64,000 bases of DNA from Acetobacteraceae bacterium (GCA_040400005.1 JBBARC010000007.1:17744-81743); one strand, 5' to 3'. Counted from the first letter of the stretch, positions 10,357-19,223 are shown. Notes: generated by a model from the sequence alone, not told the origin. Program-made: numbers and translations.

Positions 10357-10527
10357 ATGCGCCTGCTTCCCGCCTCTCTGCTGATCCTCACTTTGCTTGG
10401 CCCAGCCATCGCCAGCCAAACCAGCGCCAGCCAAACCAGCGCCAGCCCAGCCAGCGCCCAGCCCATTCCCTATGCGCCGATCCCGAACTGCCAATTGAAC
10501 GTGGCCCGAAGCCGCCGCCACCGCTAG
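10357..10527 (+). CDS. Possible small secreted peptide with an (ASQTS) repeat
   Basis: Signal peptide MRLLPASLLILTLLGPAIA, followed by a region encoded by a 15-bp x3 tandem repeat (10411-10455). Short and unsupported by homology. Confidence 0.3.
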   Translation: MRLLPASLLILTLLGPAIASQTSASQTSASPASAQPIPYAPIPNCQLNVARSRRHR

Positions 10528-10572
10528 GCTATGCGCCCAGCCGCCGGGTGCTTTAATGACCAAAAACACATT

Positions 10573-10600
10573 CGCGGATCAGGATATTTCCTGATCCGCG
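10573..10600 (-). terminator. Intrinsic terminator overlapping the stop codon of the DUF482 gene
   Basis: On the minus strand: CGCGGAUCAGGA-AAUA-UCCUGAUCCGCG (12-bp perfect stem) followed by AAUGUGUUUUUGG. Confidence 0.6.
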
Positions 10601-11754
10601 TTGGTGCCTGCTTCATCCCGCCGATACGGCGAAAGCTGCCGTAAACCTTCAATCTCGGCCGCCACACTGGCACGTTCCTGACCCAGAAAATCGGCTACCG
10701 CCCGACGTAGGCCGTTATGCGCGATCCAATGCGCCGAGTAGGTTGGCTGCGGTAAATAGCCGCGCTGTATTTTATGCTCGCCCTGGGCGCCGGCTTCCAC
10801 CCGCGCCAAACCTTGTATAATGGCAAAATCTAGCGCCCGGTAATAGCACAATTCAAAATGCAAAAACGGGTAATCGCCGGTGCAGCCCCAGTTGCGGCCG
10901 TATAAGGCGTCGGCGCCGACCAGATTAAGCGCACCCGCTACCGGCGTGCCGCGATCATCGGCCAGCATTAAAACCACGGCATCGCCGAGGTAATCGGAAA
11001 GCAGCGGAAAAAACCGATCAGTGAGATAGGCACTGCCCCATTTGCGATCCACCGTGGATTGATAAAACCGGTAAAACGCCACCCAATCGGCAGCGGTAAT
11101 ATCGCCCCCGCGGACATTGCGAAAAGTCAGCCCGCACGATTGCGCATCACGCCGTTCGCGGCGCAAAGTTTTACGTTTGCGCGAGGATAATGCCGCCAAA
11201 AAATCTTCAAAACTGGCATACCCCTGGTTGTGCCAATGGTATTGCACACCCATGCGTTGCAAAAAACCGGCGTCACCCAACGCCGCATACTCATCCTGTT
11301 CGCAAAACGTAATGTGCAGCGAACTTAGCCGCATCTCGCCGGTTGCCTGTACCAAGGCGGCAGCCAACTCCGCACTATCCGGCGCACCGGGCGCGCGCAA
11401 AAACCTGGGCCCCGGCACCGGGCTAAACGGTGAGCACACTTGCAGTTTTGGGTAATAGCGGCCGCCAGCCTGCTCCAACGCGCGGGCCCAGCCGTGATCG
11501 AACACATACTCGCCGTAAGAATGGGTTTTTACGTAGGCCGGCGCACAGGCGACCAATTGGCCTTGCGCATCACGAAACGCCGCGTGCCTTGGTATCCACC
11601 CGGTTTCCGGGCCGGCCGAGCCGCTATCCTCCACTGCCCGCAAAAAACCGTGGCTGACAAACGGGTTTTTGCCGCCGGCACACTGATCCCACTCGGCGGC
11701 GCTTATCTCGGCGATCGCTGCGTGCAGGGTTAGGGAAATAGTTGGTTTTGGCAT
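10579..11754 (-). CDS. FemAB-like/GNAT-fold protein of the DUF482 family
   Basis: WDQCAGGKNPFVSHGFLRAVEDSG...THSYGEYVFDHGWA is characteristic of the family. The start was moved to the ATG at 11754 because the upstream part of the ORF is translated repeat DNA. Confidence 0.8.
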   Translation of the reverse strand: MPKPTISLTLHAAIAEISAAEWDQCAGGKNPFVSHGFLRAVEDSGSAGPETGWIPRHAAFRDAQGQLVACAPAYVKTHSYGEYVFDHGWARALEQAGGRYYPKLQVCSPFSPVPGPRFLRAPGAPDSAELAAALVQATGEMRLSSLHITFCEQDEYAALGDAGFLQRMGVQYHWHNQGYASFEDFLAALSSRKRKTLRRERRDAQSCGLTFRNVRGGDITAADWVAFYRFYQSTVDRKWGSAYLTDRFFPLLSDYLGDAVVLMLADDRGTPVAGALNLVGADALYGRNWGCTGDYPFLHFELCYYRALDFAIIQGLARVEAGAQGEHKIQRGYLPQPTYSAHWIAHNGLRRAVADFLGQERASVAAEIEGLRQLSPYRRDEAGTNADQEIS

Positions 11755-11798
11755 GAAGCGCTTATATCGGCATGCACGGCAAGAAGAAAAGGGCAGGG

Positions 11799-11872
11799 AG
11801 AAGAACCTTCTTTTTCTCGAAGAAAAAGAAGCAAAAAGACTTTTATAAGTTTGGGGCGGATTGTGTTCGGGC
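11799..11872. repeat. AT-rich palindromic repeat family, solo arm plus partial core (copy E1)
   Basis: AGAAGAACCTTCTTTTTCTCGAAGAAAAAGAAGCAAAAAGACTTTTATAAG followed by TTTGGGGCGGATTGTGTTCGGG. Confidence 0.9.
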
Positions 11873-11882
11873 TTATCTGCCC

Positions 11883-12347
11883 TCAATCAATCTCTACTAG
11901 CGCTTCCACTTCGATGGGGGCACCTAGCGGCAACGACGCAACGCCTACCGTCGCCCTTGCATGGCGGCCGGCATCGCCAAACACCGCCATCGCCAAATCG
12001 GATGCGCCATTCATGATCATCGCGTGATTGGTAAAATCCGCCGTTGCCGCAATAAACCCACCCAAACGCACAATGCGCGCCACCCGATCCAGATCACCAT
12101 CTAGGGCGGCCGCCATCTGCGCCATCACATTAATAAAACACTGGCGCGCGGCGGCGCGGGCGTCGTCCTCGCTAATGGTACCGCCAAGCCGGCCCTGCCA
12201 GCCAAGCCGGCCCTCAACCATCGGCAGCTGCCCAGATATGGTCAGCAAATTACCCGAAAGCACATACCCCACATAACTGGCAACCGGCACTGCCGGCACC
12301 GGCAAGGTAATGCCCAACGCTGCCAGCCTATCCCCAATCAGGCTCAT
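11883..12347 (-). CDS. ridA: RidA/YjgF-family reactive-intermediate deaminase
   Basis: 154 aa with the typical YjgF fold string ...ARATVGVASLPLGAPIEVEA. ATGA overlap with the upstream gene. Confidence 0.85.
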   Translation of the reverse strand: MSLIGDRLAALGITLPVPAVPVASYVGYVLSGNLLTISGQLPMVEGRLGWQGRLGGTISEDDARAAARQCFINVMAQMAAALDGDLDRVARIVRLGGFIAATADFTNHAMIMNGASDLAMAVFGDAGRHARATVGVASLPLGAPIEVEALVEID

Positions 12348-13843
12348 GCGACCACCCGAAACGCCCGGCGCCTGGCGGGCGGGCTGCTGTCATCTTTGGG
12401 CAGATCTAACGGCAGCAACGGCGCGCGATCGCCGGGGCTGGCGGCGCTGTCATCCACCACATCCGCCGGCGGCGGTGGCAGGGTTTTGCCCAGATACTGG
12501 GCGGCCAGGCTGCGCATGACGTAATCGACGATCGAGGCGGCGTGGGTGACCCCATCGTCACCCTCTACCCGCCCGGCCGGGCCAAACCTGGTGAGCGCCA
12601 GGGCATCGACAAATTCCGCCACTGGCACACCGTGCTGCAAGCCGGTGGTGATGGCTTGGGCAAAGCTTTCGGCCAAGCCGCGCACCAGCGCGTTTTCGCC
12701 GGGCAAGGTGAGCGAGACTTCGCCCAAGCTGCCATCGGCGTAATCGCCGGCGCGTAAAAACAGCCGGTGGCCGCCGACCGAGACTTTGCGGGTAGTACTG
12801 GCGTGACGCACTGGCAGGGGACCTCGCGCGGCATTGGCGGCGGCAACGGCGGTTGCGGGTGGTGGGGCCGGCAAGGCCACTGGTGGCGCTGGCATGGCGC
12901 TTAAGTATGGGGCCACCGCCGCGTGCATGGCGGCGTGGGCGGCCAGATCGGCAATTTCGACCACCCTATCCCCCAGCAACGCGTGGGCGAATGCTGCTTC
13001 TGCGGTGATGTGGCGGGATGCGAGCCTGGCGCGGGTGGCATCGGTTAGCTGCGGTTTATCGGCACTGCCCGGCAGTACCAGTGCGTAGGCCGGCGCAATG
13101 CCGCCGGTTTCTACGCCCAGCAACGCATCGGCGGCGGTGGGCGCGAAAATGCCCGCACCCAAAGCCGCATCTGGGGCGCGCAACAAGGCTGATCGGGCTG
13201 CACTTGCTGCCTGCGCCAGCCCGCTAATGGCGCAATCACCCGGCGGCCACGGCCAGTTTGCCGCGGCTGCGAGCAGATCTAGCTGATCACCGTCCAGGCC
13301 ACGATCGACGGCGGCACGAAACAAGGCGGCAAGGCAGGCGGCGGTTGCCCGCGCGCAAGGCTGGTCGTAGGCGAGGCCCAGGGACGCCAGCACATCATCC
13401 AGCCCGGAAAAACCGATTTCGCGGTTTTGGCCGGCACCATCCCATTTTTTTGTGGCGTGGGCGGCCACCCGGGCAGCATCGGCAAAGCCGGTGATATCGA
13501 ACCCAGTGTCGGGGCTGAAAAATGCCCGCAGGTTAAGCACGAACCCTGGCACCCCTGGGGCATTTTGCCAGATCACCGGATTGGCGGTGGCCCGCCGGCT
13601 GATCAGTAACTGGTGCAGGGCGGCATCGAGTGCCGCATCGCCCGCCGCGATGGGACCGATCCAGGCTTGCGCTGCCACGGGTAAATTCACCGGGCCATCG
13701 CCCGGCACCAAGGCTGCTATCGCGTTGGCCGCGGTATCATCCCAGCTTGCCGGGAGGGTGACCATTCTCTGCGCGCAATCAGGATCGGCGCTGGCCGCCA
13801 CCTGCCGCATCCGCACACCTTGCCACAGCCTGAGATTTTTCAT
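12344..13843 (-). CDS. Truncated class II ribonucleotide-reductase-like protein (TSCPD-type C-terminal domain)
   Basis: The C-terminal GGHRLFLRAGDYADGSLGEVSL...GLQHGVPVAEFVDALALTRFGPAG...AASIVDY is collinear with the NrdJ C-terminal domain. Residues 95-180 resemble an RNR barrel segment. Only 499 aa. Confidence 0.7.
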   Translation of the reverse strand: MKNLRLWQGVRMRQVAASADPDCAQRMVTLPASWDDTAANAIAALVPGDGPVNLPVAAQAWIGPIAAGDAALDAALHQLLISRRATANPVIWQNAPGVPGFVLNLRAFFSPDTGFDITGFADAARVAAHATKKWDGAGQNREIGFSGLDDVLASLGLAYDQPCARATAACLAALFRAAVDRGLDGDQLDLLAAAANWPWPPGDCAISGLAQAASAARSALLRAPDAALGAGIFAPTAADALLGVETGGIAPAYALVLPGSADKPQLTDATRARLASRHITAEAAFAHALLGDRVVEIADLAAHAAMHAAVAPYLSAMPAPPVALPAPPPATAVAAANAARGPLPVRHASTTRKVSVGGHRLFLRAGDYADGSLGEVSLTLPGENALVRGLAESFAQAITTGLQHGVPVAEFVDALALTRFGPAGRVEGDDGVTHAASIVDYVMRSLAAQYLGKTLPPPPADVVDDSAASPGDRAPLLPLDLPKDDSSPPARRRAFRVVA

Positions 13844-13967
13844 GGGAACCAGTGAAGCACCAAACCCGCGACTCGGAAACAGGTATTTTGCGTGTCAACC
13901 GGGGTTAGCCCACTAAATGTTGTGGATAACCTGCGTGGGGGCGGTGAAAGCGGGTGAATGCAAAAAA

Positions 13968-14112
13968 GTAAGAATTTTCTTTTTTCTGAAGAAAAAAGAA
14001 ACAAAAAAGACTTTATTGATGTTTTGTTCGGAAGACGCGGTTGCAGGGTTGCCCCAGGCCCGGCGTATAAAAGTCTTTTTGCTTCTTTTTCTTCAGAAAA
14101 AAAGTTTCTAAC
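13968..14112. repeat. AT-rich palindromic repeat family, complete copy (E2): arm, GC-rich core, inverted arm
   Basis: GTAAGAATTTTCTTTTTTCTGAAGAAAAAAGAAACAAAAAAGACTTTATT ... core GTTCGGAAGACGCGGTTGCAGGGTTGCCCCAGGCCC ... TATAAAAGTCTTTTTGCTTCTTTTTCTTCAGAAAAAAAGTTTCTAAC. Confidence 0.95.
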
Positions 14113-14197
14113 TTTCAGCCGATTGCCCGGTTAAAAGCGCCGCAGATTGCCCACGCTTCACTGGACCATCGCCCGCGTTCTGCCTATATGCCAAACC

Positions 14198-14566
14198 ATG
14201 AGCATTGGCACCACTTTGCATACCTTCCTGCATGGCAGCCCGGTGGGCCGCGATGCCGCTGGCAACGCCTATTACCAAGCGCGCCGCCTGCCGCCTGCGG
14301 GTGAGCGCCGGCGCCGTTGGGTGATTTATGCGGGCGAGATTGATAGCACCGCGGTGCCGGCCGAATGGCATGCCTGGCTGCATTATACGACCGATGCGCC
14401 GTTGCCCGACACCGGCCGCAAACCCTGGCAGAAAACCCATATCGCCAACCAAACCGGCACGGCGCAGAGTTATCGCCCGCCCGGCCATGATTACGCCGGC
14501 GGCACCCGCGCGGCATCGGGCGGCGATTACGAAGCCTGGACCCCCGACACCCCCGCCCAAGGCTAA
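14198..14566 (+). CDS. NADH:ubiquinone oxidoreductase subunit NDUFA12-family protein
   Basis: G.D..GN.YY......RRWVIY.G..D.S.VP.EWH.WLH pattern. ATG at 14198. Confidence 0.85.
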   Translation: MSIGTTLHTFLHGSPVGRDAAGNAYYQARRLPPAGERRRRWVIYAGEIDSTAVPAEWHAWLHYTTDAPLPDTGRKPWQKTHIANQTGTAQSYRPPGHDYAGGTRAASGGDYEAWTPDTPAQG

Positions 14567-14571
14567 CCCGA

Positions 14572-15090
14572 ATGGCCAAACACAACGCGGTGGAAATTGC
14601 CACCGGCGCCCTGGTGTTGCTGGGGGCGGCATCGTTTCTGGCCTTTGCGCTGGCCAATACCGGCACGCGTATTCGTGGTGGTTATGAACTGACCGCAAGT
14701 TTTGATCATGTTGATGGGTTGGCGAGCGGATCAGAAGTGCGCATCGCTGGGGTTAAAATAGGCAGCGTTGAGGCGATTACGCTGGATCACGATACGTTTC
14801 AGGCGCTGGTGAAGTTTACTGTCGCCGATGGTGTGGCGTTGACCACCGACAGTTCGGCATCGGTTGCCTCCGACGGGTTGCTGGGCGGCAAATATTTGGC
14901 GATCGAAACCGGCGGCGAGGATAAAAACCTTGGGCCAGGCGGACATATCACCATCACCCAGGGGTCGATGAACCTGGAGAGCCTGATTGGTAAATATATT
15001 TTTGGCTCGACCGGTAACGGACTGGGCGATGGTAAGGCGCCGGCGAAACCCGATGCGGCCAAAGATGCCGCGGGGGCTGGGCTGAAATGA
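14572..15090 (+). CDS. mlaD: Outer-membrane lipid asymmetry protein MlaD (MCE domain)
   Basis: N-terminal TM segment followed by the MCE string F..V.GL..GS.VRIAGVKIGSV. Confidence 0.85.
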   Translation: MAKHNAVEIATGALVLLGAASFLAFALANTGTRIRGGYELTASFDHVDGLASGSEVRIAGVKIGSVEAITLDHDTFQALVKFTVADGVALTTDSSASVASDGLLGGKYLAIETGGEDKNLGPGGHITITQGSMNLESLIGKYIFGSTGNGLGDGKAPAKPDAAKDAAGAGLK

Positions 15091-15296
15091 CCCAACCTGA
15101 GGTGATTTGGCGCGCCGCCAACGGTGCCCCTATCGCCTGCCGCGATAGCCTGCGCGTGCTGCACGATAACGCCGATGAACTGCGCGGCGTGATGCAGGAT
15201 ATGTTTGATGATGCGATCCTGATTGGCGTGACGGACGCCGACATGCGCGAGCATTTGCGCGCCATGGTGGCAGATTTGGTTAGCCCGAAACAATGA
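15087..15296 (+). CDS. Hypothetical small protein (69 aa)
   Basis: Overlap-coupled on both sides within the mlaD-DUF2155 operon. No family recognised. Confidence 0.5.
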   Translation: MTQPEVIWRAANGAPIACRDSLRVLHDNADELRGVMQDMFDDAILIGVTDADMREHLRAMVADLVSPKQ

Positions 15297-15682
15297 AGCG
15301 CATTTTTCTGGTGGTTATGCTGGCGGCACTTGCGCCGGCAGCACGAGCCGCAACCCAAATCACGCCGGTGCCGATGTCACCGCCCGATAGCTGGGTCGCG
15401 GTAAAATCGGGCACCGTGCGGGTGCTGAACAAAATCGATGCGCGGGTGACCAAAATCACCCTGGGCTTGGGCGAAACCAAAGTGGTGGAAGGTGCCAGTA
15501 TTACCCTGGTTGCCTGTTTTGTGCGCCCGCCCGACCTGCCGATTGATAGCGCCGCCCATTTGCAGATTAAGGAACAGCGTGCCGATGCCACCCCGTTTGA
15601 GGGCTGGATGCTGCAAAACGAACCATCGATGACCGTTTACGAAGACCCCATTCATGATGTGCACCTGGAGGCCTGCCATTAG
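15293..15682 (+). CDS. DUF2155 domain-containing secreted protein
   Basis: Signal peptide plus VRVLNKIDARVTKITL...ITLVACFVRPPD, typical of DUF2155. Confidence 0.8.
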   Translation: MKRIFLVVMLAALAPAARAATQITPVPMSPPDSWVAVKSGTVRVLNKIDARVTKITLGLGETKVVEGASITLVACFVRPPDLPIDSAAHLQIKEQRADATPFEGWMLQNEPSMTVYEDPIHDVHLEACH

Positions 15683-16178
15683 CGCGGGTGCCCGCAAAAC
15701 AGCGCTGCTGGCACTGGCGCTGTGTGCGTTTCCTCTAAGCTTTGCCTGGGGCATGCAGATTTTTGAGCACCTGATCCCGTGCCCGCTGTGCCTGGTGGAA
15801 CGCTGGCCTTACTATTTTGGCACGGCACTGGCTGCGCTGGCGTTGGCCCTGCCGGGCCGAGCCGCGCGTGCCGTGCTGTGGTTGGTTACCGCTTGTTTGC
15901 TGGTATCGGTGGGGTTGGCGGCTGTTCATGCCGGCGTTGAATTTCACTGGTGGAAAAGCCCGCTGGCGGCGTGCAATGCGCCAAACCTGACTGGCTTGTC
16001 GTTGGCTGAACGCCTGGCCGCCATGCCGGCGGTGCCGCAGCGCCCGTGCGAAGACCCTGATTATCCGTTACCCTTTTTGCCGATCAGCTTTGTGCAGCTC
16101 GGCCTGCTTTACGCAATCTCGGCCGCCACCATGTTGTTATTCGTGCAACTGCGCGATGCGCGACGGAGATTTGAATGA
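15654..16178 (+). CDS. dsbB: Disulfide bond formation protein B family
   Basis: CPLCLVERWPYY motif and four predicted TM segments. Confidence 0.8.
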   Translation: MMCTWRPAISAGARKTALLALALCAFPLSFAWGMQIFEHLIPCPLCLVERWPYYFGTALAALALALPGRAARAVLWLVTACLLVSVGLAAVHAGVEFHWWKSPLAACNAPNLTGLSLAERLAAMPAVPQRPCEDPDYPLPFLPISFVQLGLLYAISAATMLLFVQLRDARRRFE

Positions 16179-16708
16179 CTCTGCCAGGCGATACACTAGA
16201 AACTGACCGCATTGCTGCGATGATCCGGGTTGATCATGCGGGTGAATACGGCGCCAAACGTATTTATCAGGGCCAGCTTGCGGTGCTTGGCCGTGGAGAG
16301 CACGGCGATGTGCTGCGCCATATGCAGGCGCAGGAAGAGGCGCATTTACAAAAATTCACGCATTTGATCGCCGAGCGCCGGGTGCGTCCCACGGCTTTGT
16401 TGCCGTTTTGGCATGTTGCTGGTTTTGCGCTGGGGGCGGCAACGGCGGCAATGGGGCCCAAGGCTGCCATGGCCTGCACCGTTGCGGTGGAAGAGGCGAT
16501 CGACGACCATTACCGCGCCCAGAGTGATAGCTTGGGTGAGCCCGAAGCCGATTTACGCGACACCATCGACGGTTTTCGCGCCGAGGAGCTGGAACATCGC
16601 GAAATCGCGCTGGATCGTGGCGCTGAACAGGCCCCCGCCTACCGCCTGCTGCGCGCCGTGATAAAAGCCGGGTGTCGCACGGCAATCGCCATCAGCGAAC
16701 GCATCTAA
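16175..16708 (+). CDS. coq7: Demethoxyubiquinone hydroxylase (COQ7 family)
   Basis: IRVDHAGEYGAKRIYQGQ and EE.H di-iron motifs. ATGA overlap with dsbB. Confidence 0.9.
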   Translation: MTLPGDTLETDRIAAMIRVDHAGEYGAKRIYQGQLAVLGRGEHGDVLRHMQAQEEAHLQKFTHLIAERRVRPTALLPFWHVAGFALGAATAAMGPKAAMACTVAVEEAIDDHYRAQSDSLGEPEADLRDTIDGFRAEELEHREIALDRGAEQAPAYRLLRAVIKAGCRTAIAISERI

Positions 16709-16724
16709 CCTCGGGTGTGCTGCG

Positions 16725-16752
16725 GGCAGGGGGGCAATCAAGCCCCCCTGCC
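16725..16752. terminator. Bidirectional terminator-like hairpin between convergent coq7 and the TonB receptor gene
   Basis: GGCAGGGGGGC-aatcaa-GCCCCCCTGCC, an 11-bp perfect GC-rich stem. Weak U tracts. Confidence 0.5.
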
Positions 16753-16757
16753 AATCA

Positions 16758-19121
16758 TCAGAAATGATATGCCAGCTCCACGCCATAAAACGCCGGGTTA
16801 TTTTCCGGCCGCACATACGGTGTTTGCAACGTGTCTGCGGTAATGCGGTTAATGCCACTGACATAGCGGTTATCAAACAGATTTTCGACGTATGCGGCAG
16901 CTTCGTAATGGCCAGACGCACTCAGCCAGGTTAGCCGCATATCACTCAGGTTACGTTCGCCTTCGTAGCCTGGCAGTTTGCCTAAATTGACCAGTTGCGC
17001 ATTCAGCACATCCTGCTGGATGCTATTGGTGTTCCGCCGTTGGGCGGTGGTAAAGCTGTGGGTTGCGTGCAACCGCAGCGATCCACGATCAGCCATATCC
17101 CAGCTGTAATCAGCACTGACTGCCAGACGCAACTCTGGCTCGCCCGTGGGTTGGCCAGCTAGGTCGTAGCCGTTGATTAAACGCTTGGTCCAGGTGGTGT
17201 CGATAAAACCTGCCACCATGCCCAGCACAAGATCGGGCACCGGTGTACCGTGCAATTCAAAATCGATACCTTTACCTTCGGAATCACCCACTTGCACGAG
17301 ATATTGCGGCACAAGCGAACCTGGCACTTTCGCCAGGGTTAGGGATTGTTGATTGGCGTAGGTGTAGTAAAAACCAGTAATATTGGCCCGCAGACGATGG
17401 TCGAGCCAATCAGATTTCACGCCAATTTCGTAGCTGTCTACGGTTTCGGGTTGAAACGTGGAATTGGGCTGCACGCTGTTAAAGCCACCGGCAATGTAGC
17501 CGTAGGATGCGGAGGCATAGACCATGGCGTCGCGGGCAAAATGGTAATCGGCTACAAAGCGCGGGCTTGCATTGGTGGACGATAACTGGCGGTTGATTGG
17601 GGTGCCTTGGGGCACCGGGTAGGTGTTAAAAATTGCATTGCCATTATTAACTAAATTCAAAAGATACTGTGCAGTAGTAGAAACAATCGCCGGTGCCCCC
17701 AGCACCACACCGGGTGGTGAATTCCACTGGAAATCTTTGTCGTCGCCGGTGATGCGCAAACCGGTGGTCAGGTTGATTGTGGGTGTTAGCGCATAGGTTG
17801 CGTCGCCAAACACCGACCATGCCTTGTTTTGCCCCAAATTCCGCATCTGTTCCTGGTAGGGCAGGCCGGAGAGATTATACCCGGTCTCGCCGCCCACAAT
17901 TTCAAACAGCGGCGCGCCAAAGGCCACATCGGCGCTGTCGGTCAGGGTTGTTGCAATACTCGCTTGTTTCGCGCGTTCCTGAAAATAGCTCGCCCCCGCT
18001 GTATAAGTCAGATCACGCCACACCCCGTTGGCGCGAAATTCCTGATAATAACTGTGGTTGGTTTCACGGTTTTCGGTATCAAAATACCGGTCCGTTATTA
18101 TTGATCCGGTTTCGCTCTCGCGATTGCTGGTGTGAAACGCTTTGAATGCGCTGAGCGACGTGAGCGAAAACCCATCAAACTGGTGTTTGGCGGTGAGCGT
18201 AAGCCCATCCAACGTGCGCGATTCACGCCCGCCAATTACCCGGCTATACACACCGTTAAACGGATCGCCGCCATTGGGCGTGTATGGCCCGACGCCCAGT
18301 GCGGTGGGGGCTGCCACATTGGTATTATCGTGATCCCAGGACAAAAGAATATCGTTATCGGTGCCTGGCTTCCAGCGTGCCGCAAGCCGGGTCGAATTAT
18401 TATGCTCGTTGTTTAGCGATGCGCCATTGTAATTGGTCAGCCAGCCATTGCGACGGTTGATTACCCCATCCATGCGCACCGAAAAGTTATCGGTGACCGG
18501 CACGTTAAGCACTAACGAGCCTTCCTGCTTATCGTAATTGCCGATTTTGTAATCGATCGTGCCCTCGAATTTGTCGGTCGGTTTTTTGGTGATAATGGCA
18601 ATGGCACCGGCCGCGGTGTTGCGGCCGAACAGCGTGCCCTGTGGGCCTTTCAGCACTTCCACCCGTTCCAGATCGTTGAAAAAGATCAGCGCCTCGCCCG
18701 ACCGGGCCGAGTACACGCCATCGACATACAAGCCAACCGAAGGATCGGTGCCGACGCCAAAATCGCTGGTGGCGACGCCGCGAATATTATAATTCGGCTG
18801 CGTTGTGCTGCTGTGATCAACGCTCAAACCAGGGGTGAATTGCTGCAAATCCGCGACTGTTTGCGCGCCGACCTGGCGGATAAAATCGGCATTGAACGCG
18901 TTAATCGATATCGGCACGCGCTGTAGCTTTTGCGCCCGCGATTGCGCGGTGACCACGATATCTTCAACGCCAGATTTGTGTGTGCGCACGGTGGCGGTAG
19001 TTGTAGTGTCGGCCGCCGGTGGTGCAGCAGGTGATGCAACCGATGGTGTTTGGGCCAAAGCTGGTGCTGCCAGCGCCACCACACTTGCGCACGCCAACAG
19101 GTAAATTCGCCGTTTCGGCAT
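16758..19121 (-). CDS. TonB-dependent outer-membrane receptor
   Basis: Signal peptide, plug string DIVVTAQSR...VPISI, and a C-terminal ...YGVELAYHF terminal-Phe beta-barrel signature. Confidence 0.9.
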   Translation of the reverse strand: MPKRRIYLLACASVVALAAPALAQTPSVASPAAPPAADTTTTATVRTHKSGVEDIVVTAQSRAQKLQRVPISINAFNADFIRQVGAQTVADLQQFTPGLSVDHSSTTQPNYNIRGVATSDFGVGTDPSVGLYVDGVYSARSGEALIFFNDLERVEVLKGPQGTLFGRNTAAGAIAIITKKPTDKFEGTIDYKIGNYDKQEGSLVLNVPVTDNFSVRMDGVINRRNGWLTNYNGASLNNEHNNSTRLAARWKPGTDNDILLSWDHDNTNVAAPTALGVGPYTPNGGDPFNGVYSRVIGGRESRTLDGLTLTAKHQFDGFSLTSLSAFKAFHTSNRESETGSIITDRYFDTENRETNHSYYQEFRANGVWRDLTYTAGASYFQERAKQASIATTLTDSADVAFGAPLFEIVGGETGYNLSGLPYQEQMRNLGQNKAWSVFGDATYALTPTINLTTGLRITGDDKDFQWNSPPGVVLGAPAIVSTTAQYLLNLVNNGNAIFNTYPVPQGTPINRQLSSTNASPRFVADYHFARDAMVYASASYGYIAGGFNSVQPNSTFQPETVDSYEIGVKSDWLDHRLRANITGFYYTYANQQSLTLAKVPGSLVPQYLVQVGDSEGKGIDFELHGTPVPDLVLGMVAGFIDTTWTKRLINGYDLAGQPTGEPELRLAVSADYSWDMADRGSLRLHATHSFTTAQRRNTNSIQQDVLNAQLVNLGKLPGYEGERNLSDMRLTWLSASGHYEAAAYVENLFDNRYVSGINRITADTLQTPYVRPENNPAFYGVELAYHF

Positions 19122-19223
19122 AGTATTTTCTCCCCCATGCACAGGCTATCCCCATAGCGCGTGACTAACATCCCCAAGAACTTATCCCGAACCCCAAATT
19201 GGTGGGGCCAATACAAGGCCGTA

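Noticed and set aside
10126-10569. 147-aa minus-strand ORF covering the ilvD-DUF482 gap.
   Set aside because: It overlaps the 3' end of the secreted-protein gene and the repeat-encoded region, has shadow-type composition (Gly/Ala repeats from the 15-bp tandem) and has no family signal.
14209-14226. A sigma-54-like TGGCAC...TTGCA string.
   Set aside because: The GG-GC spacing is off by one and the string lies inside the NDUFA12-family coding sequence.
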